Of a stretch of 64,000 nucleotides of DNA, positions 47,573 through 59,240 are shown piece by piece. The DNA lies in NCBI RefSeq assembly GCF_000315625.1, contig NW_005434458.1, positions 3,767 to 67,766 of the forward strand, read 5' to 3'. How positions within the stretch are numbered: the first letter of the stretch is position 1; each line of letters starts with the position of its first letter. The DNA is from Guillardia theta CCMP2712 (lineage: Eukaryota; Protista; Cryptophyta). The translations under genes and the position numbers were made by a program. The notes beneath the pieces were generated by a model. The model was given only the letters and a program-made list of their open reading frames with translations. It was not told the DNA's origin and did not search any database.

Positions 47573-48935
47573 TCAACGACTTGATGCAGACGAGCCTGAG
47601 TTCCTCTTGAATTTTTTCCTTAACTTCTTCACGAATGTATTCCATTTCAATTGCCCTCTGCGGAAACTGTAGCCCGAGTCTACATTGATCCAACTGTAGA
47701 AAGACGACTCATACTTGACAAAAATCTCCTGCGATTCCCTGAACATGCGCCTGACTCCGGTTCCTCTTTTCAACTCTTCAAACCTCCTTAGTTCTGTATC
47801 CCTCTCGTCTGCATCCTTGTCAGCTAGCACGTTGTTCATATGCTGCTCAAAACATTTCACGAGAAACTTCACGTCTGAACGTCGCTTTGTATTGCTTTCT
47901 CCAGGCTTCAACTCCCCTGCAGAAACATTTTTCAGAGGGGAATTTGTTTTTTCTCGTTTCCACAGAACCACAACTTCCATGCCGATAATGGGGTTTCCAG
48001 CTCTTGTTTCAAAAGGACTTCTTCCAGAGCCGACGCGCTTGCCCCAACTGCTGCATCAATAGGACCACCCGGGTCTCTGCTCTCATTCACTCCAACAGTG
48101 TCCGAGGCTGCCGGTATTACGGTGCTCCCCTCTCTCCTGCGACCAGACTCAACAACACTCTGACCTGAAGCCTCGGGGTCCCTTTGCTGAACATCTCTCT
48201 GTGATCCACTTGCTTCCCCTCCCGTCTCCATAATCACCTCCCGTATCATAGCTTCCAACTCATCTCGATTCTCTAGCAAGCCTTGCCGAAGGAAATCCTT
48301 CGCTGATTGTCCAGACTCATTTGGTATGAAACCAACTTGTCGCCTCTCCGAACTTGAAACTCCTTCTGCCAATGCCTGGTTGCCCCGGCTAGATTGCTTG
48401 AACTCCAGAACTTCTCTTTGTATTTTTTCTAGGGACGCAACAACCTTGTCATTGTGGACATATTGATGAACGTGTGGAGGAATGCCTGTCGCTTCCATTC
48501 TGCCCCTTGCTTCCTTTGGCATGCAGCAAACAACCTTTGATTTCAAAGTATTCAGCATAGCTTCGTCCTGAAACAAGGTTGACTTCCAAAGAGGATGATT
48601 CCTCTGCAAATTCGTTCTGAGGAAGTCTGCATGGTATGACACGGATGCGAGTGCAAACTCCGCAACTCCATACATGCACATTGGTAATGTTGGGAACAGC
48701 ATCTCAATCGCACTTGTGACCATCCCTGACGAGTCAGGCTTCTTTGAAATGCGGCGGAAGAATTGCAAACTCTGATGAGTCGATGGGAAGCCCTGTTATA
48801 GTCACGGCACTGCTCGAGGGACAGTGAGTACTGACAGTGAGGGCCCGGATGAACAATAAGTTGCTGCCCCCTTCCTAATAGAGTGACTTCCAAGATCCTC
48901 TGCCAGTTGTAAACCGAGTGAACGCAGATGGGCAG
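47573..48935 (-). pseudogene. Crypton-type (CryptonS/oomycete-like) tyrosine-recombinase transposon fragment
   Basis: DLGSHSIRKGAATYCSSG (YR HxxR motif, ~48845-48900), ITGLPIDSSEFAILPPHF (~48745-48798), FALASVSYHADFL..NHPL...LF, MEATGIPPHV, AWKLWFCGN..PLK..KRRSDVKFLV and RRGQLKWNT. Two frameshifts; the N-terminal half and catalytic Tyr segment are missing. Confidence 0.8.
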
Positions 48936-49360
48936 TCACTGTACACATCAGTGACTCGGATGCCCCCGTGCGGCGTGCTGAGTCACGTCCGGCCATCCGA
49001 TCAGCATGTGACGCCGCCCGGTCAGTAATGCCCGGGGCCGGGGATGATCCGCCGGGGCCGAGTCGTGGCACCCAGTGGCACGGCACCGACAACGTCCGAT
49101 CACGGTCCCGGCGACCGCCCCGGCCCGAAGTCCGGCGGCCTGGCCCGGCCGCCGGGCCGCGGCCGCGTCCGAGTCAGTGACAGTGCGGCGGCGGCGGGCG
49201 TACCGTGCTGGTCACCGGGTGACCTGACGGTCACCGTCCCGGGCCCGGGTCACCAAGTTGTGCCGGCGGCCCTCAGAGTGACGGTGTCCGCCGTGACTCA
49301 TCAGACGGTGAGGCCGCTCCCACCGGGGCCGGAGCAACTTGAGTCACTGGGCCCGGATGA
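48930..49360. other. GC-rich micro-palindromic patchwork tract
   Basis: ggtcaccgggtgacc, gacggtcaccgtc, cccgggcccggg; repeated GTCAC/CAGTG/GAGTCA words; shares GAGCAACTTGAGTC with 27312-27325. Confidence 0.75.
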
Positions 49361-51100
49361 AACTTGAAAACCACCCCTCACTCCGGTCACTGTACCCCAC
49401 TTTACAACTCACCCCTCAGTCGTTTACACAATTCCATCTTGTCTGCATCACCCCTCTTTTTCTGCTTCAAACCACCCGTCCTGGAATTCATCACCGAACC
49501 ACCTGGACCACCCTCAGACCCCTCCACTACCCACCCCACCCGTTCAAACGACCTTTTAGTCAGTTGTTTTTGCTACAGCGTCACCCGGAGTCCTTGAGGG
49601 CGACTGTACCCCACCCCTGGGGTTAAAACGACCTCAAACACCACCCCCCTGAATTTAAAACGTATCCCTACCCCATTTGTCAACTTCAGTACAATCTTCG
49701 CACTTTCACCCCCATATTTCTCCACCACCCCCTCCTACTCCTCTTGAATGTCCTACCGGTGGTGGTAGCTAAATCAAACATTTCACTCAACTTTTTTTCT
49801 TTTTAACTCAAATTTTCCCGGGAACAACATCACTACCCCGTCTACTTCCCAATCGATGGCGTACCAAGTACCCCACCCTTCAAATGATAGTCATCCACCC
49901 CGGTATGTCCCCAGAGAAAATCCATCCCCGTGATACCCACCCAGTCTCTGAGCTGTACTTTGTACCCACTACCCTACCCACCCTCAGATTGGGTCTTCCC
50001 GGGAACTAGTGAACTACCACAGTCGCAACGCTGTATCCCACCACCCTACCTAGGACGTTGAGAGTTTCCCTCGAATACCCCCTCTGACTCTGTCATACTA
50101 CCCGTACTGTTGAAGTACCCTCCGGCCGTCCTCCACCCCATCTTTGCAGCACTCTACCATACCACTCCCGTCGTCCTTCAGTTCAAGTACCCCTACATCA
50201 TCTAAAAACACCCCACCCCCGGTCAAACTCTTATATATATTATCTACCCCTGACCCAGCGGCATCTCCTCCGACAGATCTTTTCATTCCTCTCCTCTCTC
50301 GATGACCCCACCCTTGCATTTAGTACCCACCCTACTCATCCTACACACCCCTCCCAATTCGGTTCACTTATCACTATTGTGTACCCGTCCTATTCAATTT
50401 TTTCTGCACCCTACCTACGGCTAGGAATGTCAACCCCCCGGTTAACAATAACCATTCTCATCACGAGGGTGGGGTGAACATTGACAGTACAAGGTTGGGG
50501 TGGTTTTTGAGAGAATGAGGTAGGGTAGGGTGGGTCTCTCGGATTAAATTTCCGTAGGAGGACGGGGTCATTGGTCGTACTTGAGTATTCCGATTGTGGG
50601 TGGGTGTTGACCTTAGGTAGGGTGAAATTCGATAAGGGGATTAGGGGGTAGGGTGGAGTTGATGACATTGGAGACGGGGTACTTCGGAGATGGGACCAAA
50701 AGGGTGGTAGTTCAGCCCAAGACTGGCTTGATTGGTGGAGGGGGGGGGTGAGAAGGGGGGTACGAATAATGTTGTGCTCAGGGGTGGGTTCTACAAATCA
50801 CCTCCGGGTGAGCAAGTTTAGACCAGGGGTGGTGGTACATGGTTGTAGGTGTCGCAGTGGAATAGGAAATGGGGGGTAGTCCGAGACAGGAATCCATGGG
50901 GGGTGGTGAAGTTTTGAGGGTGGATGTACTAAAGATAGGGGGTGGGGTGTCCCGCAAATCACAGGTGGGTAGGTGGAAGGCGTAGGGATAAGGGGGAAGG
51001 CGTACAGGTTGGGGGGTCAAATTTTTGGGTGGTTTTCCCCATGATTTCGGTGGTGGGGTGGCAGTGGGATTAGGGTTGGGTGGGGGTAGGGGGTCCAATC
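49360..51100. other. Strand-polarised ACCC (left) / GGGT (right) patchwork tract with a GC-skew switch at ~50430-50470
   Basis: Top strand C-rich 49360-50420 (accaccc, taccc), G-rich 50465-51095 (gggtgg, ggggt, gggta); non-periodic, no credible ORF. Confidence 0.8.
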
Positions 51101-52469
51101 CTTGCTATGCAATGGCGCCGAGGGTTCCAATGGAAGGAGCGACGGGGCATGAGTGGAGGGGAGTCGGAAAGAGAAGCTTGTCTTCATGAAACCGTCCCAC
51201 CTTTCTTACACTCTTCTCCTGCCCTTCTCTCTACTTCTAGAGTCTCCTGGTAGATTGAGCGGGACGAATGTTTGTCTTCGGCTTTGTTGGAATGTAGGTA
51301 GTTTCAGGAGTGAGATTCAGAGCAGGTGGATTTGAAACCCGCAAGTAGGAAGGGAGCAATGTTTTAATTGCAATTGGAATTCGATGTCAGACTGTCTCTG
51401 GTGCGGGTTTCCGATGATTCCTCTGCCTTTTAACGACAGTCGCGTTCTTATAGCCGTGTTGCATTCTATTTGTAGTTATGAGAATTCTGTCTTCATCTCT
51501 GGAGAAATATCGAGAAATATTTGTGATTTTATCTTTGCATAGTCAAACATCGTCTGTCATGATGGTTTTTATAGCATGTCCTACACAAGTTTGATCTAGA
51601 TTGACATAAGACTCAAAGCTCTGCTCTGCAATAGTTTTCAGCTGAAGGTCCTATTTGTCCTCCTATATGGCGAGCGAGAACTCCTCGAATGCTTGATTTG
51701 ACACATGTTTTGTTATGCAGATCAGCTGCAGCAACAAAAGAGCTTTCTGTTGCTTCATCCATTCCTGGCAATCTAATTTGTCCAGGGTCAACGCAGTCAA
51801 GAGATTATGAGGAATTGTTCTCGATCTTGAACTGTTGATCCAGAAGCAATCTACTGCATTTCTTGTGCATCTATGCCAGGATATTAAGCAAACGAAGTCA
51901 GGAGGGATCCGTCGGAGCGTTTCAGTTGATTGTGATAGTAGTATGCTCCACAGGGCGTTGTGAGGTGAATCTGGTGGAAGGTGAACTTCGAGAGTCGTCG
52001 AGATTCAGATAGACGCGCTAGCGTCAGATTCTGTGTGGCTTCATCATGGAGACGTTCGGAAACGATTTACTACATGGTCTCTCTGAGATCTCAGCCACGG
52101 ATAAATCCGTAGTCATTCAAGACAACACAAAGGATAACGGGTACAAGAGCAACGAAAGTTGCGACGTTGTTTGATGACAGGTCCGCAGTTTGCCGAGATC
52201 TTTGCAGCAAGATCCAAAGGAGAATCATGATAACCAACCCACAGAAGCGACTTCCCATATGTTTTCGGGCAAAGGTGATCTCCACTTTGCATGCGACCCG
52301 TAGACTGATCCAACCCATTGCAACAGATGCCTCATTTCCGGACTCAGGCAATGTGCCCGCAAGCTTCAGTGAAGTGGAGAGCGTAGATGCAGATGAGCTG
52401 TCGAGAGGTGTGTGAAAGTCTGATGAGAGGATGAGGAATGGGGTTATGATTGTCCGAGGAATGAGGGTG

Positions 52470-53929
52470 ATGTCAGGAACCAACGTCGATGACGGTTGCG
52501 ATGGATCCGACAGCAACTCGAGGGATGGCCGTCCAGCTGGGGACACGACCTACAGAAAGTTATTTGTTGGTGGGCTAGCATGGCAGGTGATGGGCAGTGG
52601 CAGGGTGAGGTTGAGCCATGACGTCTTGATGTCCAGACAACAACCGAGACCCTGCAAAACCATTTCCATGTCTATGGAGAGCTGCAGGAGGTAATGAAGT
52701 TGATGACAGGGAGAGTTCATTGTTGTCTCATTTCAGTTTCTTTTGTGCAGGCGGTTGTCATATGTGACAAAACAACTGGTAGATCGAAAGGATACGGATT
52801 TGTAATTATCTCGATGCTTTCCTCTCATCGACTCTGACTGGCCGGTTTTCTTTCCTTTCCAGGTTACATACAAAAGGGATGAAGATGCGCAACGGGCTGT
52901 GGCCAACAAATCTCCGATCATGTACGTCAACCCTCTACTTGTTGTGGTCGATGCATTGTGAATCCTTGAGGGTGAAAGAAATCATTCATCATCCCTGGTT
53001 ACCTTCGCTCCCCCTGTTGTCTTCATTCTGTGTCAGATGAACTATTCCTTCAATGTGATTGGGCCCCTCGCAGAGATGGAAGAAAAACGAACTGCAATTT
53101 GGCTGCGCTAGGGGTCAAGAAAGGTATGTAAGATTGCTCTTCGAGCCAACGTCTCAAGCTCCGTTCGTAGAAGGCAAGCGAGGCAAGAGGAATCACAACG
53201 GGCATGGGATGGGACAAGAGAGAGCGATGGGTTATCCCAACCCGATGATGCCCAACGATATGAAGTATCTTCCTCCTCCTGCCTTGTCTTCTTCCTCTTG
53301 CACTGTCCCTGACCCCTCCCTCCCTCCTCCATCGCTGTGAGCTGACCCAGAGGACTCAGCATGCAGATGATGTATCCTATGTACCTCAGAGACGGCGGCT
53401 ACCCTGTTCCTCCCTCTTTCGTCGCCCCTGCTGGGCAGGCAGGCTACCCGGGCATGCAGGGATACTACTTCCCTCCCAACTTTGCCTACCCGATGATGAT
53501 GCCGGGCCATGTAGGACGTCTGAACTGAACTGGCTGTCGATCCCCTGACAGTCTGGCAGTTTCCAGCGCAAGGGTGGAACGGAAACCCCAACATGCAGGG
53601 CGGCAACGTGCCGCGGAATCAGCCGGCACCAGGAACGATAGTTTTCCCGGGGATGATGTATCCGAGTGCGTTGGAGCTGTGGGTGAGGTAGTCTGTGACC
53701 TGACGCTGCCGCAGACAACGATATGATGTTCAACATGAGCCAACAGCCCCCTTCTGCTCCAGGTGAGGACGATACGGCACATCTAGAGTCTCATGCTGGT
53801 CCTGGTCCTGTCAGAGGCTCAGCCGCCGGGAGCAACGATCAACGAGCTGAGCGAGGAGCAGGAGTAGAGCTGGGGATATCAATCGTATCTACTAACACCC
53901 AAGATGTCGGCGCAAATTACTGCGAGTAA
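52470..53929 (+). CDS. Single-RRM RNA-binding protein (RBM24/RBM38-like) with a Pro/Met/Gly/Tyr-rich tail; multi-exon
   Basis: Spliced DTTYRKLFVGGLAWQ|TTTETLQNHFHVYGELQE|AVVICDKTTGRSKGYGF|VTYKRDEDAQRAVANKSPI|.DGRKTNCNLAALG contains RNP2 and RNP1; termini approximate. Confidence 0.9.
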
Positions 53930-54039
53930 AAATCGGATGTCACGAGCCCCTTCCAGGCTTCGGGCCTACGAAGATGAAGTAGGTACGTTGGCGCTGGCCA
54001 CCTCGTACTTGCCGGAGAGATCTGCAGGAGACTTCTCAG

Positions 54040-56400
54040 CTCAGGCAGAGCGAAATGGGCATGCCTCACAGCTCTGGTAGGGGACAGAAGAGGTCGAGTA
54101 ACGGCCGGAGGTGTGGATGCTGGAGCTGCGCGAGTGAGCGGCGGAGAGGGGAGGGGAGGGGAAGGGGAACCTGGTGGCGATGGAGCTGGTGTAGCTGGAG
54201 AGCTGCGTGGTCAGGCTCTTGATCTGTGACTCGCAGCTGATGTGGCGAGCGCTGCGGAGAGCATGAGGGGGGACAAGGGAACATCGGAAGTCCCAGCTCA
54301 CCGGAACTGCTCGTACTCGCTCTCGAGCTTGATGCGTCTCTCCCTTTCCTGCCAAGAGGGTCAGCTTGACCCCAGCTCACGAACCAGCCGGCAGAACCTG
54401 CTGGAACTGGTTGCTCAACTCGACGTTCTCATGCCGCAGGTTCTCCACCTGGACAGGAATAAGACAGACCTATCAGAAGTAGGGAGGGAAGAGGAGAGGA
54501 GAGGAGAGGAGAGGAGATGGAATGGGGTAGGAGGACTCACTTGGCCGGTCAAAGTCCTCACGCGCACTTCTTGCTCACGAAGCTGCAAGGCAACAACGAT
54601 GATCAGGGAGCGATAGAACTGAACGGAGGAGGTGGGCTGCCTCTGCTCTGGCGGTGGCGAGGTGCGACTCAAGCATGCTCCTGTCAGCAGAGATCTGGGA
54701 GATGGTGTCCGAGAGCTCAGAGTTCCTCTGCAGCTCCACTCAGTTCCTTGATGGCTGCGCAAGTCCCCTCCTCCTCCATCCCTCTCTTCCTCCTCCTTTA
54801 CTCTCCCCCTCCTCACCTTCTCGTACTGGTCGCACTTGTAAATGATGGGCTCCAGCTGCCTGGTCGTTTCTTCGTACTGGCAATGCATGTCAACATTCCC
54901 CTCCTTTCACGTGAATCCATCCCTCCCTCTCCCTCTCCCACTCCAATCTCCCGCTACCCCTCCTCCTGCTCAGACCTTGGTGATAGTCTGTAGAGACTGA
55001 GCCTGGATCATCTCGCGCTCCTGGAAGACCTGGTTCAACCTGGGTAGGACTGTCATGCACAGAGATGCGACGAGCAGCTGCTACCTGTTGAGAAGATCTG
55101 CCTTCTCAGCCTTGAGATTTCCGTTCTCCTGCTGCAGCACCTCCACGCTGGCGATCTGGATCATCATGTTCTTGGTTTGGTCCTCGAGCTCAGCAACACG
55201 GATGCGGTAGCGATCCATCTATAGGTCCGCATCAGCGAAACATTGTCCTCCTTCTCCTCCTCCTCCTACCTGGTAGCGGATGGTTCCGTGCTCCTTGCGC
55301 AAGGCCTGAAGGTGAGAATCCTGCATGACAGAGTAAGTTGGCGGCGGCGGCAAATGCTCACGTCATGCCATGGGCTCCATGCCGCTCGGCTCCTGCTCAG
55401 CAACGAGTCAGAGAAGCCCCGGCTAGCTCAGAACCCCTTGACCTGGTTGACACGGATGGCAGAGCTGCTGGCGTACATGCTGGGGAGAAGGTGAGGAGAG
55501 AGGGTCTCGAGTGGGGCACGAGGATAGGAGGAACCTGCCAGTTGACAGAGCGTCTGTGGAGCGGTACATCATGGAGACGTTGCCATACTGGACCTGAGCA
55601 GCACGACAGTCAGCCTGACTGCAGCGGACAGAGGCACAAAGTTCTCACCGGCATGGAGACGAACTCTTGCGAGACAGGGATCACTGCAGATCACAAGCAT
55701 GTCACGAGGGGGGCAGGGCTGCGTGCTGGGTGCAGGTCTTACTGCTGGGCTGAGGGAACATGGCTGACTGAACGTTGTACGCTCCTCCGCCATAGCTGAT
55801 GACTTGAGGGATGGCGAAAGCGCCAGGGCCCATGGCCTGCAGCTCCTGTCAGATGCCCCGAGCAGCAGGCAGCCTGGACGGTACCTGCGAGCTGACAACC
55901 GGCTGGCTCACAAGGATCTGCTGTCCCGACATGACAGGGCTGACAGGAACTGGAGCCTTGCCGGAGGACGGAGGAGAAACAAGCGCGCTGGTAGCATTCA
56001 CGGCCGGGGACGTGGCAGACGTCAGAGGGACGATGACGGGGGAGCTGCCTGATGCGAGCGATGAGAGGGAGAGGAGCGGACAGGAGTGGACCTTTGGCGG
56101 CGTTCAAGGCGGGGGAGTTCTTGGCTGACATCCTGTAGAGCTACATGTCAGAAGGAAGCTTTCAGTTGAGGAAGAGAAGCGTTGAGACAAACACGCAGAG
56201 GAAAAGGCAAGAGAATGGATAGAAGAGGGGGAGGAGGGTGCGAGGAGAATGGAATGAGTAGATTAGGAGGTGATACGTTCGGAGAGGATTATGGCAAGAA
56301 TGCATTAGAATATGTTCACAAGAAATCAGCGCTCCGAGCACCAGCCGTTGAACAGCAATAGGACAGAAGCAAGGCACAAACGCTTCCCTCTCTCCTTTGT
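54040..56400 (-). CDS. Multi-exon coiled-coil protein (boundaries approximate)
   Basis: Exons such as MDRYRIRVAELEDQTKNMMIQIASVEVLQQENGNLKAEKADLLN, LNQVFQEREMIQAQSLQTITK and LQLREQEVRVRTLTGQ with GT-AG introns. Confidence 0.65.
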
Positions 56401-56466
56401 ATTCTCCTCGAGCCCCCGTCTACTCTCATCATGATTGCAATAGCACCTGTTCTGCGCCAAGTTGTT

Positions 56467-56540
56467 CTGCCCTGCCCTGCCCTGCCCTGCCCTGCCCTGC
56501 CCTGCCCTGCCCTGCCCTGCCCTGCCCTGCCCTGTCCCTG
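56467..56540. repeat. (CTGCC)n microsatellite
   Basis: About 13 perfect units. Confidence 0.95.
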
Positions 56541-56649
56541 TCTTGTCCTCTGCTAGTGCAGTTCTCTCCTTGAGGTCTCCTCCGGCTCCCCCTCCTCTCC
56601 TGGACTTGCGCGTCACAACTTGCCCGGCACGCGGCATTGACTAGACTAG

Positions 56650-57330
56650 CCGTTATAAGGGCACGCGAACTTGGTACAAAGTTTAGAATACCTTTTAGAG
56701 TTTACAATTATTTAAACGTTGAACTGTCCGAGTAATATTTCATAATACTTACACAACATTTCAAAACAAATAAAGAAGAAATCAAATGTCTGCAGGAAGT
56801 GGCCTTCAGCATTTCACCAAGGACGATACCAAGAAATATTATTAAATAGTACCATATCTCTATCTTCTCTATTCATCTGTTCACAAACTACGGAAATTAG
56901 TACTGGATCATTTCGAATTTATAATATTTATAGTTTAATATAAATATAGATACAGTAATTTTAAAACTCGTCGGATCGCATTGCCGACACGGTGCCACCC
57001 GGTTCCCCACCCCACCCCAAGTACTCGAATACAATAGACCCCTACCACCTCTTAATCCCTGTTTTAACCTATTTTATGGGGTTTCTGGTGGTCATTGGCT
57101 CACTACCCTACCCCCCATATTGCTCTAACAGTTCCTGGCAGCGCTTCCGGGGGGAAGCGACGCTAAAACTCTCACAAAAGATCAAAATATTTCATAATTA
57201 CACCTATAATTTCAAATTTGAGAAAGGAATTCGAGGCTCCCGAGAGCAGCATTTCATCTCACTCAGCAAACCCGGGGCCGTGGAGGAACATCAGGCCGCA
57301 CGGCCCGAGTCTAGGCCCGGATATGAGGGG
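56650..57330. other. AT-rich segment plus short ACCC and GC patchwork tracts between divergent genes
   Basis: AT-rich 56680-56965, then gtgccacccggttccccaccccaccccaagtac..., then cccggggccg...cggcccgagtctaggcccgg. Confidence 0.55.
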
Positions 57331-57691
57331 GATGATCAGTGGATGAGGGGGATGATGAGTGTATGAGGGGGATGATGAGCATGATGAGTGGATGAGGGGG
57401 ATGAAGAGGAGATGAGGGGGGATGAGGCAGGGAGAAACTCGATGCGATGAGACATGCGGGAGGTAGGAGAGCGGCGAGGAGGGGGAGGGGGAGTAGGTGA
57501 GGAGAGAGAGAGAGAGAGAAGAGGAGCGTAGCAGAGCAGAGAATAGTGCAGAGGTGATAGAGAGGGGAGGAGGAGGGGAGCGTCGCGAATAGAAGAGGTG
57601 CGGAGTGAGCAGGCACACGAAGAAGGTCTAGTTGCAAGCAGAAGGCTCTCACCATCCGCGAGGAAGCATCGAGGAGGTTCGAGGGCTGAGC

Positions 57692-58825
57692 ATGAACATG
57701 AATATGCACTCAAGTGCGATGAGCGGTGGAATGGGTGGAGGACTCGGAGGAGGTATGGGCAACGTGGGCAATGTAGTCAGCGGCATCCACAGCATCGGCC
57801 TGCATAGCGGGGGAGGAGGGTTATCGGGAGCGTTTCACAACGGGATGCACGGTGTAGGGAACCTTCAGCATGCATCAGGAGCGAACATCCAGAGCTTCCA
57901 TGGCTCGGGCTTCGTGGGGAGCTCCAGTGCGGTGCACGGCATGGGCCAAGTCGATATCCCCCACAACCTGTCGAGCATTCTTGATTCGGTGGCTGCCGGG
58001 GTTAAACGGCCCACAAGGAAGACTTGGACGGATAGCGAGAAGAAGGCTGTGCTGGAGCTGCTGAGCTTCAACGGGGGGAGTAAGAAGAAGACGCTGGACG
58101 CCCTTCAGGCCAAGTACGGAAGCGCCTTCCAAACCATCAGCCTGCAGACCCTCAAGCGATGGCAGAACGCGATGCACCGTGCGGACCTGCAGGCGGCAGA
58201 GACGGGCGAGCCGGTGAAGCTGAACAGGAAGAGGGGGAAGAAGACTTGCACCCCCTTCGAAGAGGACCTGTTGAACCGTCTCCTCCAGGAGAACCTGGGC
58301 GATGTGTCGCAGATAGCAGGGCACATCCCGTACGCCACCGTCATCAACGCTGCGAACGCTCTGAGAGCTGATCCTGCATGGAGGGAGGATGAGAAGGTCA
58401 AGAAGCTCAGGTTCAGCAACACTTGGGTGCGCTCCTTCCTGCTGCGGAACAACCTGAAGCCCCCAGAGACCGTGGAGGTCCCGCGGTATGGAGGTGGGAG
58501 GATGGAGGAGAGGGGGAGACTGGCGGGGACGAGGAGGAAGAGGAGCGAGATCAGCAGCGCGAGAGGAAGGCATATGATGGAAGGTTCTCCTCCTCCGTTG
58601 CGTGAGCGAGGAGTGAAGATGCGTCGACTAGAGAATCAGGTGTCGGTGCTCAAAATGCAGCTCGAGGAGGAGCGGAGGCGGAACTCGTTGCTAGAGCAGC
58701 AGCTGTTCCAGTGCCAGCGAGGAGGAGAAGGCGTGGGGAGGATGGAGAGGTTGTGGAGCGGGCAGGGGATAGGGGGAGTCGCTCCCCAGTGGAGCTCCGA
58801 CATGATCAACCAGAGACCGATCTGA
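57692..58825 (+). CDS. Intronless CENP-B/pogo(Tc5)-type DNA-binding protein without a DDE domain, with a C-terminal coiled coil
   Basis: G/H/M-rich N-terminus; HTH1 RKTWTDSEKKAVL...ISLQTLKRW; CENP-B HTH FEEDLL...YATVINAANAL...KLRFSNTWVRSFLLRNNL; basic region, then LENQVSVLKMQLEEERRRNSLLEQQL. Confidence 0.8.
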   Translation: MNMNMHSSAMSGGMGGGLGGGMGNVGNVVSGIHSIGLHSGGGGLSGAFHNGMHGVGNLQHASGANIQSFHGSGFVGSSSAVHGMGQVDIPHNLSSILDSVAAGVKRPTRKTWTDSEKKAVLELLSFNGGSKKKTLDALQAKYGSAFQTISLQTLKRWQNAMHRADLQAAETGEPVKLNRKRGKKTCTPFEEDLLNRLLQENLGDVSQIAGHIPYATVINAANALRADPAWREDEKVKKLRFSNTWVRSFLLRNNLKPPETVEVPRYGGGRMEERGRLAGTRRKRSEISSARGRHMMEGSPPPLRERGVKMRRLENQVSVLKMQLEEERRRNSLLEQQLFQCQRGGEGVGRMERLWSGQGIGGVAPQWSSDMINQRPI

Positions 58826-59240
58826 AGTAGTTTGAGATCCGAACTGAAGTAGTTTGAGATCAGGGGGAGGACAGGAAGCAAGAGAGTAAGCAAGCGAGGA
58901 AGACAGGAAGCAAGGAAGCGAGCTGAGAAGGTCGAGGGGAATGAGATGATGCCAACTGTGATCATTTCTTTCTCGTCCATGCACAAGTACAGCATGAGAA
59001 GCAGCAGCAGCTACTTACTCTTGTAATGAAGGTTCAACAATAAACATGGAAGAAGCGCAAACGATGTACAAGGAGGGAAGGAAAAGGCGAGGCAAGGTAT
59101 TTGACGCATGATGCAAACTTGCGAATGACACTGAATAGGATCGAGTGATGGAGAGGGTGGAGGGGGAGGGGGGAGGATTCAGTGAAGGGCAAGGAGATTG
59201 AAACGAGAAAGAGAAGGAGGAAGAGCATGGAAGGATGGGA

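Noticed and set aside
48968-51098. Pro/Gly/Arg- or Pro/Thr-rich ORFs in patchwork tracts (also 27467-27724)
   Set aside because: By-products of biased composition, with no splice structure or domain signal.
49360-51100. Interstitial telomere or end-to-end fusion
   Set aside because: There is no periodic telomeric unit, and the polarity (C-rich then G-rich on the top strand) is opposite to a telomere fusion.
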